A DNA stretch of 64,000 nucleotides, taken from NCBI GenBank assembly GCA_964106645.2, contig OZ067048.1; one strand, given 5' to 3'. This stretch comes from Podarcis pityusensis. Its lineage: Eukaryota. Below the pieces are notes generated by a model. It did not search any database. It saw only the letters and a list, made by a program, of their open reading frames with translations, and was not told the DNA's origin. Positions 52,870-64,000 of this stretch are shown piece by piece. Numbering within the stretch: position 1 is the first letter of the stretch; every line of letters starts with the position of its first letter. The position numbers were made by a program, and so were the translations under genes.

Positions 52870-53720
52870 CTGCACGCATTTCTACGTCCCACGAGTCACC
52901 CACACGCTTAAAACTCCTCTCGCCTCGCCGCGCGCAGCGCGCTAACTTCACGCACGGTGTGCGTGCGCCCTCACGCGGTCTTTTGGAGTGGGCGGGCCGC
53001 CGGAGCTCACGTCACTTCCGCTTTTGCAGCGGCGTGGGGCGGGGATAAAAAAGGCAAGCCGAGAGGAAGGCAGTGAGAGCAGCGGGCTCTGAGTGGAACG
53101 TGAGTGCCGCTTTTTCCGTTACTCCTCGCGCGCGCTCCCCAGCCCTCTTCCCGTGGCTCTTTCTGCGGGGGCGGGGGGTCACGTTCGAATGGAACTCTCG
53201 ACCCTCGCTGTTGCCTGCGCGCGCGGCGCGGCGGTTTGAGCCGCCATGTTGGGCTCCTCGGGACCCGAGTCCCTGAAATGAGAGGCGGCGGCGACGCTCG
53301 CCCCTGAGAAGCGAGGGAGCCATGGGACAAATAACTGCTCCCTATCGGTGCGGGTCGTGTTCGGACTCCCCATTCCCTAATTCTAAAGGGGTGGAGGGAA
53401 ACATGAGGGAGGAGGCGGAGGCGGCGCAGCAGCCCAGAGGCTGCCATGTTGGGGAAGGGAGGGGGCAGAGAAAGCATCCGAGGGAGGGAGAAAATGGCGG
53501 CTGGGAACCGCCCCCCAGCTCGACTTGGCCTGGGGGGATTCCCACCTCACCGCCTTGGCCCAGGTTCTTCCCCTCCCCCCCCCCGGCTTCATCTACACGG
53601 CTGTCTTAAAGGCGCCGTCTCTGGTCTTCCATACTGTGGTCTGGTCTGTCTTTCTCTCTCTCCCCATCTTCATCTTGGCTGGTTACGGGTCCCCGGTCGG
53701 CAGAGCACGATACGGCCGTG
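52870..53720 (+). promoter_or_regulatory. SUB1 CpG-island promoter: overlapping CRE-ETS element TCACGTCACTTCCG (53007-53020), GC box (53036-53044), YY1-type CCGCCATGTT (53241-53250) and AAAATGGCGG (53491-53500) in intron 1
   Basis: CpG density and motif matches. Confidence 0.75.
53030..53099 (+). other. SUB1: Probable SUB1 non-coding exon 1 (start approximate)
   Basis: AAC|GTGAGT donor at 53100 downstream of the ETS/GC-box core; the ATG exon has only 1 nt of UTR, so an upstream non-coding exon is needed. Confidence 0.65.
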
Positions 53721-53820
53721 GGTTCGAGCCCCACGCTGGGCAAAACGGTTCCTGCATTGTAGGGTGTTGGACTAGATAACCCTTGGGGTCCCTTGTGACC
53801 AAACGGTTCTCTGATTTTCT
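53695..53820 (+). mobile_element. Degraded tRNA-derived SINE with CR1 tail
   Basis: GTGGGTTCGAGCCCCAC B box; CCTGCATTG..GG.GTTGGACTAGAT..CCCT. Confidence 0.65.
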
Positions 53821-55129
53821 GGCAACCTGCTCCCCTCCCGCTTTTCCTCCACATGGGTGTTACTGGGGCCTTGGGCTGCACTCTCTCCTTTTACTCAAAT
53901 GACGGGACCCCCCCCCCAACAAAACCATGGCGCCTTCTAGGATACCTTGGCCCCAACAGTGACACGCACTCTGCATTTTAAGTGACCCGCCATCTGCTTT
54001 TTCCTGTGTTGTAGCCTCACCTTCCTGTTCCATCATCCGCCTCTTGAGTGGCCATTTTGTCCCTTGGGTGCCCCATGTGGCACAGGACTTGAGGCACCAT
54101 TGGGTGGCAGCAAGAAGCTCAGCAAGTAAATGGCAGAGCCAAGCCTGCCCCTGGTCTGTTGCCCCCAATTTGAAGCAGTACCAGAACATAGAGTGTGGGA
54201 TGGCACACAACATACAGTATTGATGTCTTGCTTTAACCATGGGCTTAGTCACATTTTAGCCTATTCCAAGTTCATTTTCCTTCTACATTTACACATGCAG
54301 CTGCACTATATCATCTGTTAGTTCCCTCTCCTCTTTATTCTATAGACTTAAATGCACACAGGTCTGTATGCTCATCTTGCCATCACCTCTCTCCTCCCAA
54401 ATTCCCTTCCCTTTTGCTCTTCTGAAAATCTTTGTTCTTGGTGAATTAAGTGGTAATAGCACATAAAGTTCTCACTGTACCTTCACAGTTCATACAGTGA
54501 GAGAATCTCAGATACAGTATGGCTGTAGCACATGCCTCTGAATCCAGAAAGACGGGATGTAACACAGGCGTGTTACTTACATTCTGTCGTCATGTGGGTG
54601 GGCCTCAGATGTTTCTGCAAAGAAATTGAGGAGGCCAACAAATACGGGGATTTCTATTTCCTCCAGGAGGATTGAAGTAGTCAGGGAGGAGTTGCAGTTG
54701 GGTAAGCTAGTGTGAAAGCCTGTAGTGGTGCAACATAGGTGGGCAGATTTCTTCCTAAACCAGAGGTATTTTTGAATGATAGGGCTGTGCTATCCCAGAC
54801 ATTGGTGGGTAGGTTTCTATCAGTTAAGCATAACCCTATGCTCTGCATCTCCCCTCTCCCAAGAATACTACTTGCATTTTTCAGTCTTCACCCTCTTCTC
54901 TCAGTATGCCTATCCTGTTAATCTTCCCGCCCCCAGGACTCCTCCCTTGTAATATCCAGGGATCTACCTGTCTTCTTTATACTGCCCTCCATATCTGTAT
55001 TTCTAGTGTTTGTCTCTTCCTATTTTTTAATCCATTTTAATTGCCTTGATATGGTTTTCCCATTTGCATTGAAACTGCTGGGCTCTGGCTATTTTACTAC
55101 TTTTTATTCCTTACAAGCTGGTCTCTGAC

Positions 55130-55162
<33 letters not shown>
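55130..55162. repeat. (AAT)n microsatellite
   Basis: About 11 units. Confidence 0.9.
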
Positions 55163-55547
55163 TCCATCCATCTGCCATTTCCCATGTTTCTTATATTTCA
55201 CTCAAATTTATACCACAATAAATTTGTGATGGAAGAAAGGTTGGATATAATAAATATAATAAATGCCTTTCCCCTTAATTGCCTTAGTGAAGCACCTGAA
55301 GCCTGCTTGTTTAATTTTTCTGAGAAGTTAAACATGTCATTGGTGTGGTGTGGTCAAGCAAATATACTTGCCTGGAGAAAAGCTGTATGATCTCTGATGA
55401 AGCTGCATATTTCACTGCTTTGTTTTTTTCTCCCATGTGTTATCTTTTGGAGCTGGAATCGGAAGCCACGCCTTGCCTAGAGAGAGAGAGAGCCAGAAGT
55501 TCTTTAAAGGGTTAAGTGGGAAGAATTCCTGATATATATGTAGGGCA

Positions 55548-55731
55548 ACATAAGATTATGTCTGCTGGATCAGAACAAAGGCTCATCCAGCCCAGTATCC
55601 TGTTATCCCAGTGGACAACCAGATGCCTGTGGGAAAGCCGCAAGCAGCACCTGATGCACTTGTGATGAATTTCCTTGCAGTGTATATTCAGAGGCATCTT
55701 GCCTCCAGCAGTAGAGTTAGAACACAGCCAT
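55548..55731 (-). mobile_element. CR1-type 3'UTR fragment
   Basis: AACATAAGA...CTGCTGGATCAGA.CAAAGG..CATC.AG.CCAG.ATCCTG pattern typical of squamate CR1 ends. Confidence 0.6.
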
Positions 55732-56010
55732 CTTGTTTCATTCTGAAACTGGAATAACAAATTGGTATTTCACAGAACATATCCATCGGTTCTGTCATGC
55801 CACTTGCAAATTATCACTTAGATTTTGTAGAACATTTTTTCAGCTTCACTCATAAGCAAAAGCATTTATTCAAAGGTGTGATACATTCTGTACTCTGCCA
55901 CATCTTGTTAGGATTTGTACATAACACCCCAGCTTTGCCTGAGTGCATTATTTACTATTAAACCTTACCACCTGTGAGGTGGATCAGCTTCCTCACAATC
56001 CTTGAAAATA

Positions 56011-56236
56011 CAGTGGTACCTCGGGTTACATACGCTTCAGGTTACAGACTCCGCTAACCGAGAAATAGTACCTTGCGTTAAGAACTTTGCTTCAGGATGA
56101 GAACAGAAATCGTGCTCCGGCGGCGTGGTGGCAGCAGGAGGCCCCATTAGCTAAAGTGATGCTTCAGGTTAAGAACAGTTTCAGGTTAAGAACAGACCTC
56201 CGGAACGAATTAAGTACTTAACCTGAGGTACCACTG
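56011..56236. mobile_element. Tc1/mariner-type MITE, 226 bp
   Basis: TA TSDs; TIRs CAGTGGTACCTCGGGTTA / TAACCTGAGGTACCACTG. Confidence 0.9.
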
Positions 56237-56838
56237 TACAGGCGTTTGCTCTCTTCTAAAACAAATACATTTTTACTTACTGCTGTCTTACTTGCTACGT
56301 TGTTTCAGAAGGTGTAAAGTAACCTGATCCCTACTGTTCCTCCATGCAAGTCCTATCCATCTCTCTGCCTTTGCTCTAACAGAGGAATAAGTTCAGATCT
56401 ATCAGACTATAACAGTATATTCTTCAAACAACAGTTGGATAGGATTGCAATGTGTTAATAGTATTGATTTAAGATAAAGTAACATCCTATATGTGTCTCA
56501 TTCACTGTCTCATAAGCAGAGAGGACATCAGTTAACCCTATTTAAAATCAAAGCTACCTAACAACCAAGCATTTTGTGTTTCTCTCCATAGTCATTTACT
56601 ATATATATCCCTACTGCCACTTTTCCCCAGTGGTAAGCCCAATGCCAAGATATGGCTCGTATCCCAATTCTTAAATATTACTTTGAAGCCCATTTAATTT
56701 CAGTGGAACTTCAGAGCAGTTGTGTGTGAAATGACAGTGATGGAGGAGATTGCTTGATGGGAGGGGGTGTGAAATTCTAACAATCACTTAGTGTATGAAG
56801 CTCTTTTAAAAAACAACAACATTTCTTTCCTTCCTAGA

Positions 56839-56910
56839 ATGCCGAAATCAAAAGAACTTGTGTCTTCAAGCTCATCTGCCAGTGATTCGGACAGTGAAGT
56901 TGACAAAAAG
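56839..56910 (+). CDS. SUB1: SUB1/PC4 first coding exon (MPKSKELVSSSSSASDSDSEVDKK)
   Basis: TTCCTAG|A ATG, serine/acidic SEAC region, AAG|GTGATT donor. Confidence 0.97.
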
Positions 56911-56914
56911 GTGA

Positions 56915-56919
<5 letters not shown>

Positions 56920-56962
<43 letters not shown>

Positions 56963-56980
56963 ATATGTGTGTGTGTGTGT
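56920..56980. repeat. (CT)n followed by (GT)n just after the SUB1 exon donor
   Basis: Read directly. Confidence 0.9.
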
Positions 56981-57581
56981 TCTTGCTCAAAATATTGAGC
57001 AAGAATAAAACAGTGGCACAAGCCACCCAGAAACTAATTTTAGAGTTTATGCTTTCTACTTACACAGAGAAGTGTATAAATGGCTAAGACTTGCATATAT
57101 GCCTAAAAAAGTCATAACGGTATAAGAGAAATATATCTTCAGGGGAGCTGATTTTACAAATCTACTTTCCTTGTTCTTAAAAAGATAATTAAAATGCACT
57201 TCTCTTTAATTGAGTCAGTCTTTTGAGGGCATACTTGTGCTACTCATGATTTTTTATTTCATTTTAAAGTTATGGAATATTTGGATCAGAATGGATATCT
57301 TGATCAGAACTTTTTTATTTTTTATTCTGTTTGTATTTTTTAAATACATCAACCTATTTTAAGGCAATGACCCTTTAAGACCTTTCATTTCAAGTATACC
57401 CACAATTCCGGGCACATTTATTTTTCAAGTTCCACTTATACTGGTATTTAGGACCTAGTTAGGCATGTAGAAGATTGCATAGCTCTCTTGTAGCTGAATG
57501 CTTTTTTTTAGCATGCACAGTCAGTAAAGTGGGGGAAGAATGAATCTCTCAGGGAATTTTTTTTTGTACTTGAGGGGTAAG

Positions 57582-58249
57582 TGTGATAGGAATTTTATGG
57601 TCTTAGATATATGGTAATGTTCATAACCGCACATACATAGATCAGCACAGGAAGACCAACCTGGAACCATTTTGATTCCTAAACTGACCAAATGTTTTCT
57701 CTGCAAGGTCAAAATGGAAAAGCCTCCCCATTGTCTTTTCCTTCACAAATCCTGTCTTAAGGGTATATCTGTGTTTGAATAAGGGTGTGAGCCTTATCAT
57801 TACAAAAGACTGGCCAGGCTCCTCAGGCAATCCAATCAAGTAACCTGCCAGACAGGAAATAAACAAGGACAAGAGAAAAACAATATTGAAATTTCTGTTT
57901 TAAGACCACCTTTTCTGTGATGTATCTGAGGGGTGGTCTTAGGTTACACCCCTCCTGTGATGTATGTATGATGATTCTGGGGGGTGGTCTTGATCTACAG
58001 GATGGGAATTTCAAAAGTCTTTATAAGCCCTTGCACAGCATTTTTCTGGGTCCTCCTCCTTTCCTGCGAGTGAGGAGAGCACCCTGTTGCAACAGATCAA
58101 TAAAGATCGAGCTTACTAGCTGCTTTGCTTCTCAATATTCTCTGGTTGGCCTCTGTTATTTTCTCCTACCAATAGGGAACCTATGTAAGGACTCTATATG
58201 GGCTCTTAGAAACCCCATAAGGGAAAAGGGCATATTTTTATTTACAACA
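57582..58249 (+). mobile_element. Solo LTR (668 bp) of an ERV or LTR retrotransposon
   Basis: TG...CA ends, 4-bp TSD TAAG on both sides (57578-57581, 58250-58253), CCAAT at about 57832, internal direct repeat TGTGATGTAT..GGGGTGGTCTT, TATAA 58022-58026, AATAAA 58099-58104. Confidence 0.75.
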
Positions 58250-59670
58250 TAAGTACTAGTCCAGTTGCAGTTTCTCAAAATGTTGACGTATAGTTACTTC
58301 ACATTTTAAAGAACTTTACTATCCGCATATTTACTAAGTTGTGGTGCTTTACCCACTTGCCGATGAGGGGAAATGGAGAAGCATAACTGGTATAGAAGTG
58401 TTTACCACTAAATCTTGGAAAGAATGGATCCCTCTAGCTTGCAGATAAATGTTCTGAACAGCAAACTGTTAACCTTAATGTTCAAATGATCAACATCTAG
58501 CTTGGTCTTGAAATGTCATCTCTGAGCAGGATTCCATCCCGCCCATGGCCTGATTCTTCTCTCAGCTACTTGGCTGTACTTGGAGAATTTCACAAAGGTG
58601 TTTTTGTTGAACTAGTAGAATGTAAGTGCATCAGACTATGCATTCAAAGCCCCTCGTTCTGTCCCAGGCCACGGAATTTTGCAGTTAGGTGAATTTGGCT
58701 TTTCATCTAAATATTTTTTAAGCAATTCCCTATGTACCTGTAACTAATATTCTTTGGGTAGTGGCCCGTTTTTTGTGGACTTGAGGTGTTCAGGATTGCC
58801 AACATAGATCAGGGCGGGGTCAAAATAGTTTGGGGAGCTTTTGAGCACAAATGAATTGGGATCTTGGTTTCGCCTTTCTCACAGAAGATGGGACAGAAAG
58901 GGCAACATTTTTGAGCTGTGGTTTCAAGTGCTGTTATGTCTGGTATTGCCAGCCCTCAGTCTTTTATACATTATGTTGTAGAAAGTTGCATACATTATTT
59001 TGCAATGTTCTTTTGCCTCTCTTTGATCCAGTTAATCTTAAGGGAGTTTACATTTTCATTTGTAAGATGATATCCTAGCTGCTGGTACAAAGAACACTTC
59101 TATGGAAGGGAAGTGCCTATTATTTACCAACACAGTTTGCCAAACATTAAGGGAATTCCTGGATTTACAGTTTCAAGCCCAAGTTATCTAGAGTGAGATA
59201 CTGGAGTAAACAAACTCAGGAAGTTTCTCAATACAAAGCAAAGCCAATTGACCCCATTCAAGACTGTTCTGAGAGTTTGCTGCAGTTTCACATTGATTTT
59301 ATCTGGCCTTCTGTAGATGTAACTTTAATGTGGTTATATTTTAAGTATGCGGTGATGCAAATAAGGTTTCTTCTACCTTTTAAGGCCTGCATCGAACCTT
59401 GATAGAAAAAGGTTTAGTTTCCCACAATGAGAAAAATGTAGCTTTTACTTAGTAAAATTGTTCTTTGTATGTAAGTATTGTGTCTCCCCTGTGAACATGG
59501 GTACTTTTTTGTTAAATGGTTTTCTGGGGCCTTCTCTGATCAAATATTGAGTACATTTGAACACTCTTCCTACACTGTTGTGAGGGAGGGGGGAGAGACA
59601 TATTGGTGTAAACTTGAAACTACTACTTCTCCAGTAGGTTCTTAATTCACTTTGATTTTTAAATGTCAAG

Positions 59671-59790
59671 GTGAAAAGGAAAAAACAAGCAGTGCCTGAA
59701 AAGCCTGTGAAGAAACAGAAGACTGGTGAAAGCTCCAAAGGTGCCGCCTCCTCCAAGCAAAGTAGCAACAGAGATGAGAATATGTTTCAG
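59671..59790 (+). CDS. SUB1: SUB1 coding exon ([22 protein letters not shown]...DENMFQ)
   Basis: AG/GTAACT boundaries, 120 nt, lysine-rich region. Confidence 0.96.
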
Positions 59791-60035
59791 GTAACTGGTG
59801 GCTCTTACTTTGAGTAGTTAGTGGGATCCCCAGTTCTTGTGCTGTGGGTTGTACTTGAATTTTACAAAGTGGAAGACCTGTCATCATCAGGAAAATAACT
59901 AAAGCCTGTGTTCTGTTTTCATAACTTTGCAAGATTGGAATCCTTAAGACGACAGTGAGCTAAACCCATTTACAAGCATCTAGTACACAAGCACAGGCAA
60001 ACAGATTTAGTAGTAGCTTTCCTAAACTGCTATTT

Positions 60036-60165
60036 ATATATTATATTATGTGATATTATATTATGTGATATTATATTATGTGATATGATATGATATGATA
60101 TGATATGATATGATATGATATTATATTATATTATATTATATTATATTATATTATATTATATTATT
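60036..60165. repeat. (ATATT)n/(ATATG)n pentanucleotide microsatellite
   Basis: Read directly. Confidence 0.9.
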
Positions 60166-61782
60166 AGTATACTGACCTTCATCCAAAGAAAAGCTATACG
60201 GACTCAGAAGGTTTATGTTTTCGCAGAAACAGTTTCCCCACTACTAGTCAGTGTCAGTAACACAAAGGGAGTGGCGTGAAGTGGGAGAGCTGGAGAAGTA
60301 AAATTGATTTTGTTTAGGATCAGTCAGTAGTGGGTAGGGTCAGGAAGGAAGCTGAACTTCCCCAAGTAACAGTATTTTCCTGTCTGGGGTTTGGTGGCCC
60401 TGCTTGCTGGGAGCTACTGGACTGAAAGATGGGAGCAATTTTAATTTGACTGGCACAGATATGTCAAGTCATCTTAGCTTGTCTATGAATGACATGAGGA
60501 GAAAGCACATTAAATTCTGCTTCACTGAGGAACTAGTCCATGCCTGTGCAATGCTCACACAAAGAAAAACTATATTGAACTTTAATCCGAAAGGAAATGT
60601 TGAAAAATTGTACTTGAATGGTACATCTGATTTGCTGCCAAATAAATGAAGATTACTGGATCCCAGATGGTCTATGTTATGTTTAACACTACTATCTGCA
60701 GTGTGATCCGATAGTTGCTTATGCAGCAAGCGTGAAGGGTTGAAGAGTGTTCTTAATTAAAGGTATGCAGTTTAGAAAACTTGATTTTGTAATTAGCCAT
60801 TCTTGTACTACTTTGGACAGCTAATTGGTAAGCAGTGTTCTGGTTAAGAGCATGAGCTAGGAACTTTTTGCTTCAAATTACAGTACAACTAGGAACTTGT
60901 TGGATGACTTAAGCAAATTACTGTTATAATAGCATTTTGCATGGAGTTTTTTCCCCATTGGTTCTACATGTTTACTCTGAGAGTGGAAAGTAATTGAAGT
61001 GTCTGGAGGTGCTGGTGAAGATGGCAAATAAGGAGCAGAGATGGGCGGGTTAGAGAAGTGGAGGTAGTGGGCTAGGTGTAGGAAATTTTGCCTATGGGCA
61101 GGAACTGTGTGTTTCAAAGTCCTGTTCAGTGGTCATGGGTCATTTGCATGAGATTGGGATGTTGCTGCATGCAGAAAAGGGAAGATTATAATAAGTGAGG
61201 AGGCCTGAGCTAGTGGAACTTACAGTTGTGTATGTTGAAACTCTTAAGCACGTAGGAGTCAACATTTAAAAACATTTCAGATGTTACTCCTCGCATTGCA
61301 AAATATATTAAGATTATACTATTGATAGCCAAGGCACACCCAAGATGTTCTTGACATCTTCAGTGGTAGATATTTTGGTAATCCTTTGAAATACAACAGA
61401 TACAGAAGCTATTCAACCCTGCAAATATGTGTGGCATTTTTTGGGGTCTTCAGACAGTTTAGTAATTTTAGAATTATAGGAAGGTGCTTTTGCATCTCGG
61501 TGCACTTGGTGTAATATCCTTGACCAAAACTGTTGCATCATTATCCACCATATTTTTTTAAATGTGGTTCACTGTACTTCTTTTTGAGCTAGGCTTCTGA
61601 GAGTATCAGCTGCTATCAATTTTTCTAACTAGCATTCTGCAGGCTGCAGTTTCCTGCTTTCAGAATGTTTTTTTCTCTTGATGGTGCAACCTGAACACTA
61701 ATCTTGAAACTGCTTGCATATGGGTTTGGTGTCCTAAGCTAAATATAGGCCTCTGGTTGGAGCCTAGCGCATTTTCACTGTA

Positions 61783-62004
61783 CAGTTGTACCTCATTTTG
61801 AGTCCGCCCCGTTTAGGGTCCATTTCATCAAACATCCACAGCAAACCCAGAAGTACCGGAACGGGTTACTTCCGGGTTTGCCACACATGCAGAAGTGCTA
61901 AATTGCACTTCGCGCATGCGCAGAGCGACGCTCTGTCGAGCATCCCTTTCGTCAAGTGTCCGGGGCTCCGGAACAGATCCTGGACGCAAAAAGAGGTACG
62001 ACTG
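61783..62004. mobile_element. Tc1/mariner-type MITE, 222 bp
   Basis: TA TSDs; TIRs CAGTTGTACCTC / GAGGTACGACTG. Confidence 0.8.
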
Positions 62005-62578
62005 TACTTGGTTTACAATAGCATATTCTGATAATGTAATGTATATGTTTTTCCTTTTTTCATACCTTGCTGTTCTTGGTGAAATAGAAATCAGCTTGGT
62101 TGCCTTTCATTTAAGGTTACTTCCAGATGCTAATCATAATCTCATATATGCATATGTTTGAAGATCAAAATTTACTGAACTTGTGCGTATCTACCCTATT
62201 TTTCAATTTGAATGTGGATTCATATTTCTGAAAGCCCAAGGCTAGGATGATGATTTCGTCCTCATTAGTAAAGGGCTGAAGGTGATTGAGTTTTTTTATA
62301 TTCCTTGACAATATTTCTATTAAAAAAGCACGCTTTTGAGAAAAAGGAAATAAATCAGTTTGGTTTAGCAATAACTTCTGCAGAAAGATTTGGCTTCTCC
62401 TGTCTCTTCGAGCTGTCGTTGCTTGTTAGTTGTAAGAGATTTCACTGAGAAGAAACACTTGATCCCATAATCTCTAAAATAAACTCTATTTGTATCATAC
62501 ACAAGATCTTAATAGTGCTTGAAGAGCTGTATCATGTGTTTGGTGAAATAATGATTTAGTTCTCTAATTTGTTGACAG

Positions 62579-62687
62579 ATTGGTAAAATGAGATATGTCA
62601 GTGTTCGTGATTTTAAAGGTAAAGTCCTAATTGATATTAGAGAATACTGGATGGATCAAGAAGGTGAAATGAAACCTGGCAGAAAAG
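62579..62687 (+). CDS. SUB1: SUB1 coding exon, PC4 ssDNA-binding domain ([36 protein letters not shown]); last exon beyond the window
   Basis: ACAG acceptor, G|GTAATT donor, 109 nt; PC4 signature. Confidence 0.97.
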
Positions 62688-62819
62688 GTAATTCTTATGT
62701 TGTCTGCATGGTGACTACAGTTTTTGATAATACGTTATGCACTATAATGGGTTCTTGGGCCCCATACCTAAACATCTAAGTCAGGGTAACTAGGTGTATT
62801 AATAGTAGTAGTAGTAATA

Positions 62820-62900
62820 ATAATTAATAATAATATATTATTTATACCATGCCCATATGGCTGGGTTTCCCCAGCCACTCTGGGCGGCTCCCAACAGAAT
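62820..62900 (-). mobile_element. L2/SINE 3'-tail fragment
   Basis: Reverse complement of the 29800-29868 tail (GGCTGGGTTTCCCCAGCCACTCTGGGCGGCT). Confidence 0.65.
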
Positions 62901-64000
62901 AATAAAGGATTGGGAGTACAGTCCATTCTTCCACATCATCAATATTACTTAGATATACCAGACATGACATAGCAAGACACATCTACCAAAATTCCCTGTT
63001 CTACACAGCTACTAAAGGCATACAGATTCTGTCCTTTTTCACATTCAGTCACACTATATTTAACTAGTTTGTGAGAAGTGGCCAATCTGAACACAACCAA
63101 ACATTCCTTTGTTTCCGGGCTCTTGGTTTGCCTACCCTCAAAGTAGATACAGACAGGTTGGACGTAGACCTATTTGGAGGTTTCTGTTTCTCTGGCCCCA
63201 GCAGTTCTGGTGCCCATTCAGGTTTGTTAGGTTATTGGCTTAGGGATCTAACTTAAGATCACCACCTGCCTCTCATTTTGCACACATTCCCTTCCATCCC
63301 CATGCATTGATGTTTGGCATTGCATATAACTCAAAAGTTCTCAAAGTGAATTTTGAGCTGCGTTCAGTTTTGTTTTGTTTTGATCCTGTTGACAGAAATC
63401 CTAGGTGATGCCAGCCCTGAGCAGGTGAGAAAGGAAAGAACATCATGCAGTCTTGTAGATCCTTAAACTGTCTGTGCAAGACTTTCAGCTGATCTGTGCT
63501 CTAGCCATGCCTACTGAAATACAAAAAGAAATAAATGATTCTGATCATAGAATGCAAATAAATGGGCAGGCTGACTTGCACATCTGTCCTGTATGCCCTT
63601 CCTGGTCATACTGTTTGCACTCTGTGTGGTTTCCATTCAAAGAGCAGGAAACAAGTAGGTCAAAAGGAGACAAAGTTCCTTGAATAACTAGCCGTTTGTT
63701 TGGATTGTGCTGTCAGTGCTGGTCCTACTAATCTTTCAGTCTGTTGTTTGGATGGTACAGTACTTGTGTGCTGAATCAGCATGTCAGAACCCCTCCAGCT
63801 TTTAAGGCCTTTGAGGCTTAGGTATGTATCTGCTTTAATATTCTGTGGCTGTTAATATCTAGGCACTTTTAAACTGGGCTGGGAAACTGCAAGTAACATT
63901 TTGATGAGTGTTTGAAGTCTTAACTACAACAAGCTCTGCTGTGTATAATGTTACAAGTGAGCCATGTCAAGAGTGACTTCCAGGTAACTTGTTTCTCTGG

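Overview
Vertebrate genomic DNA, most likely a squamate (lacertid-like lizard, inferred from the repeat families: RTE-BovB, CR1, L2, tRNA/CR1 SINEs, hAT and Tc1/mariner MITEs). It holds the conserved MTMR12-ZFR-SUB1 block. MTMR12 coding exons 1-2 are on the minus strand and the gene runs off the left end. ZFR is almost complete on the minus strand: 19 of 20 coding exons were located, exon 16 is missing and probably lies in a 212-N gap, and intron 10 is GC-AG. SUB1/PC4 exons 1-4 are on the plus strand and the last exon lies beyond the window. Three CpG-island promoters are present. No prokaryotic-type system (CRISPR, operon) is present. The most unusual unexplained structures are fold-back elements inside transcribed introns: (i) a perfect 70-bp inverted repeat in ZFR intron 9; (ii) two interleaved inverted repeats (134 bp and 57 bp, pseudoknot topology) around microsatellites just after MTMR12 exon 1; (iii) a young 1-kb Tc1/mariner-type MITE in ZFR intron 14 built almost entirely of serial hairpins, including an 8-copy palindromic minisatellite. 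Because ZFR is itself a dsRNA-binding regulator of splicing and editing, these are candidate regulatory RNA structures; that role is inference only. Gene identities rest on my recall of the vertebrate proteins plus splice-phase arithmetic; no database search was run.
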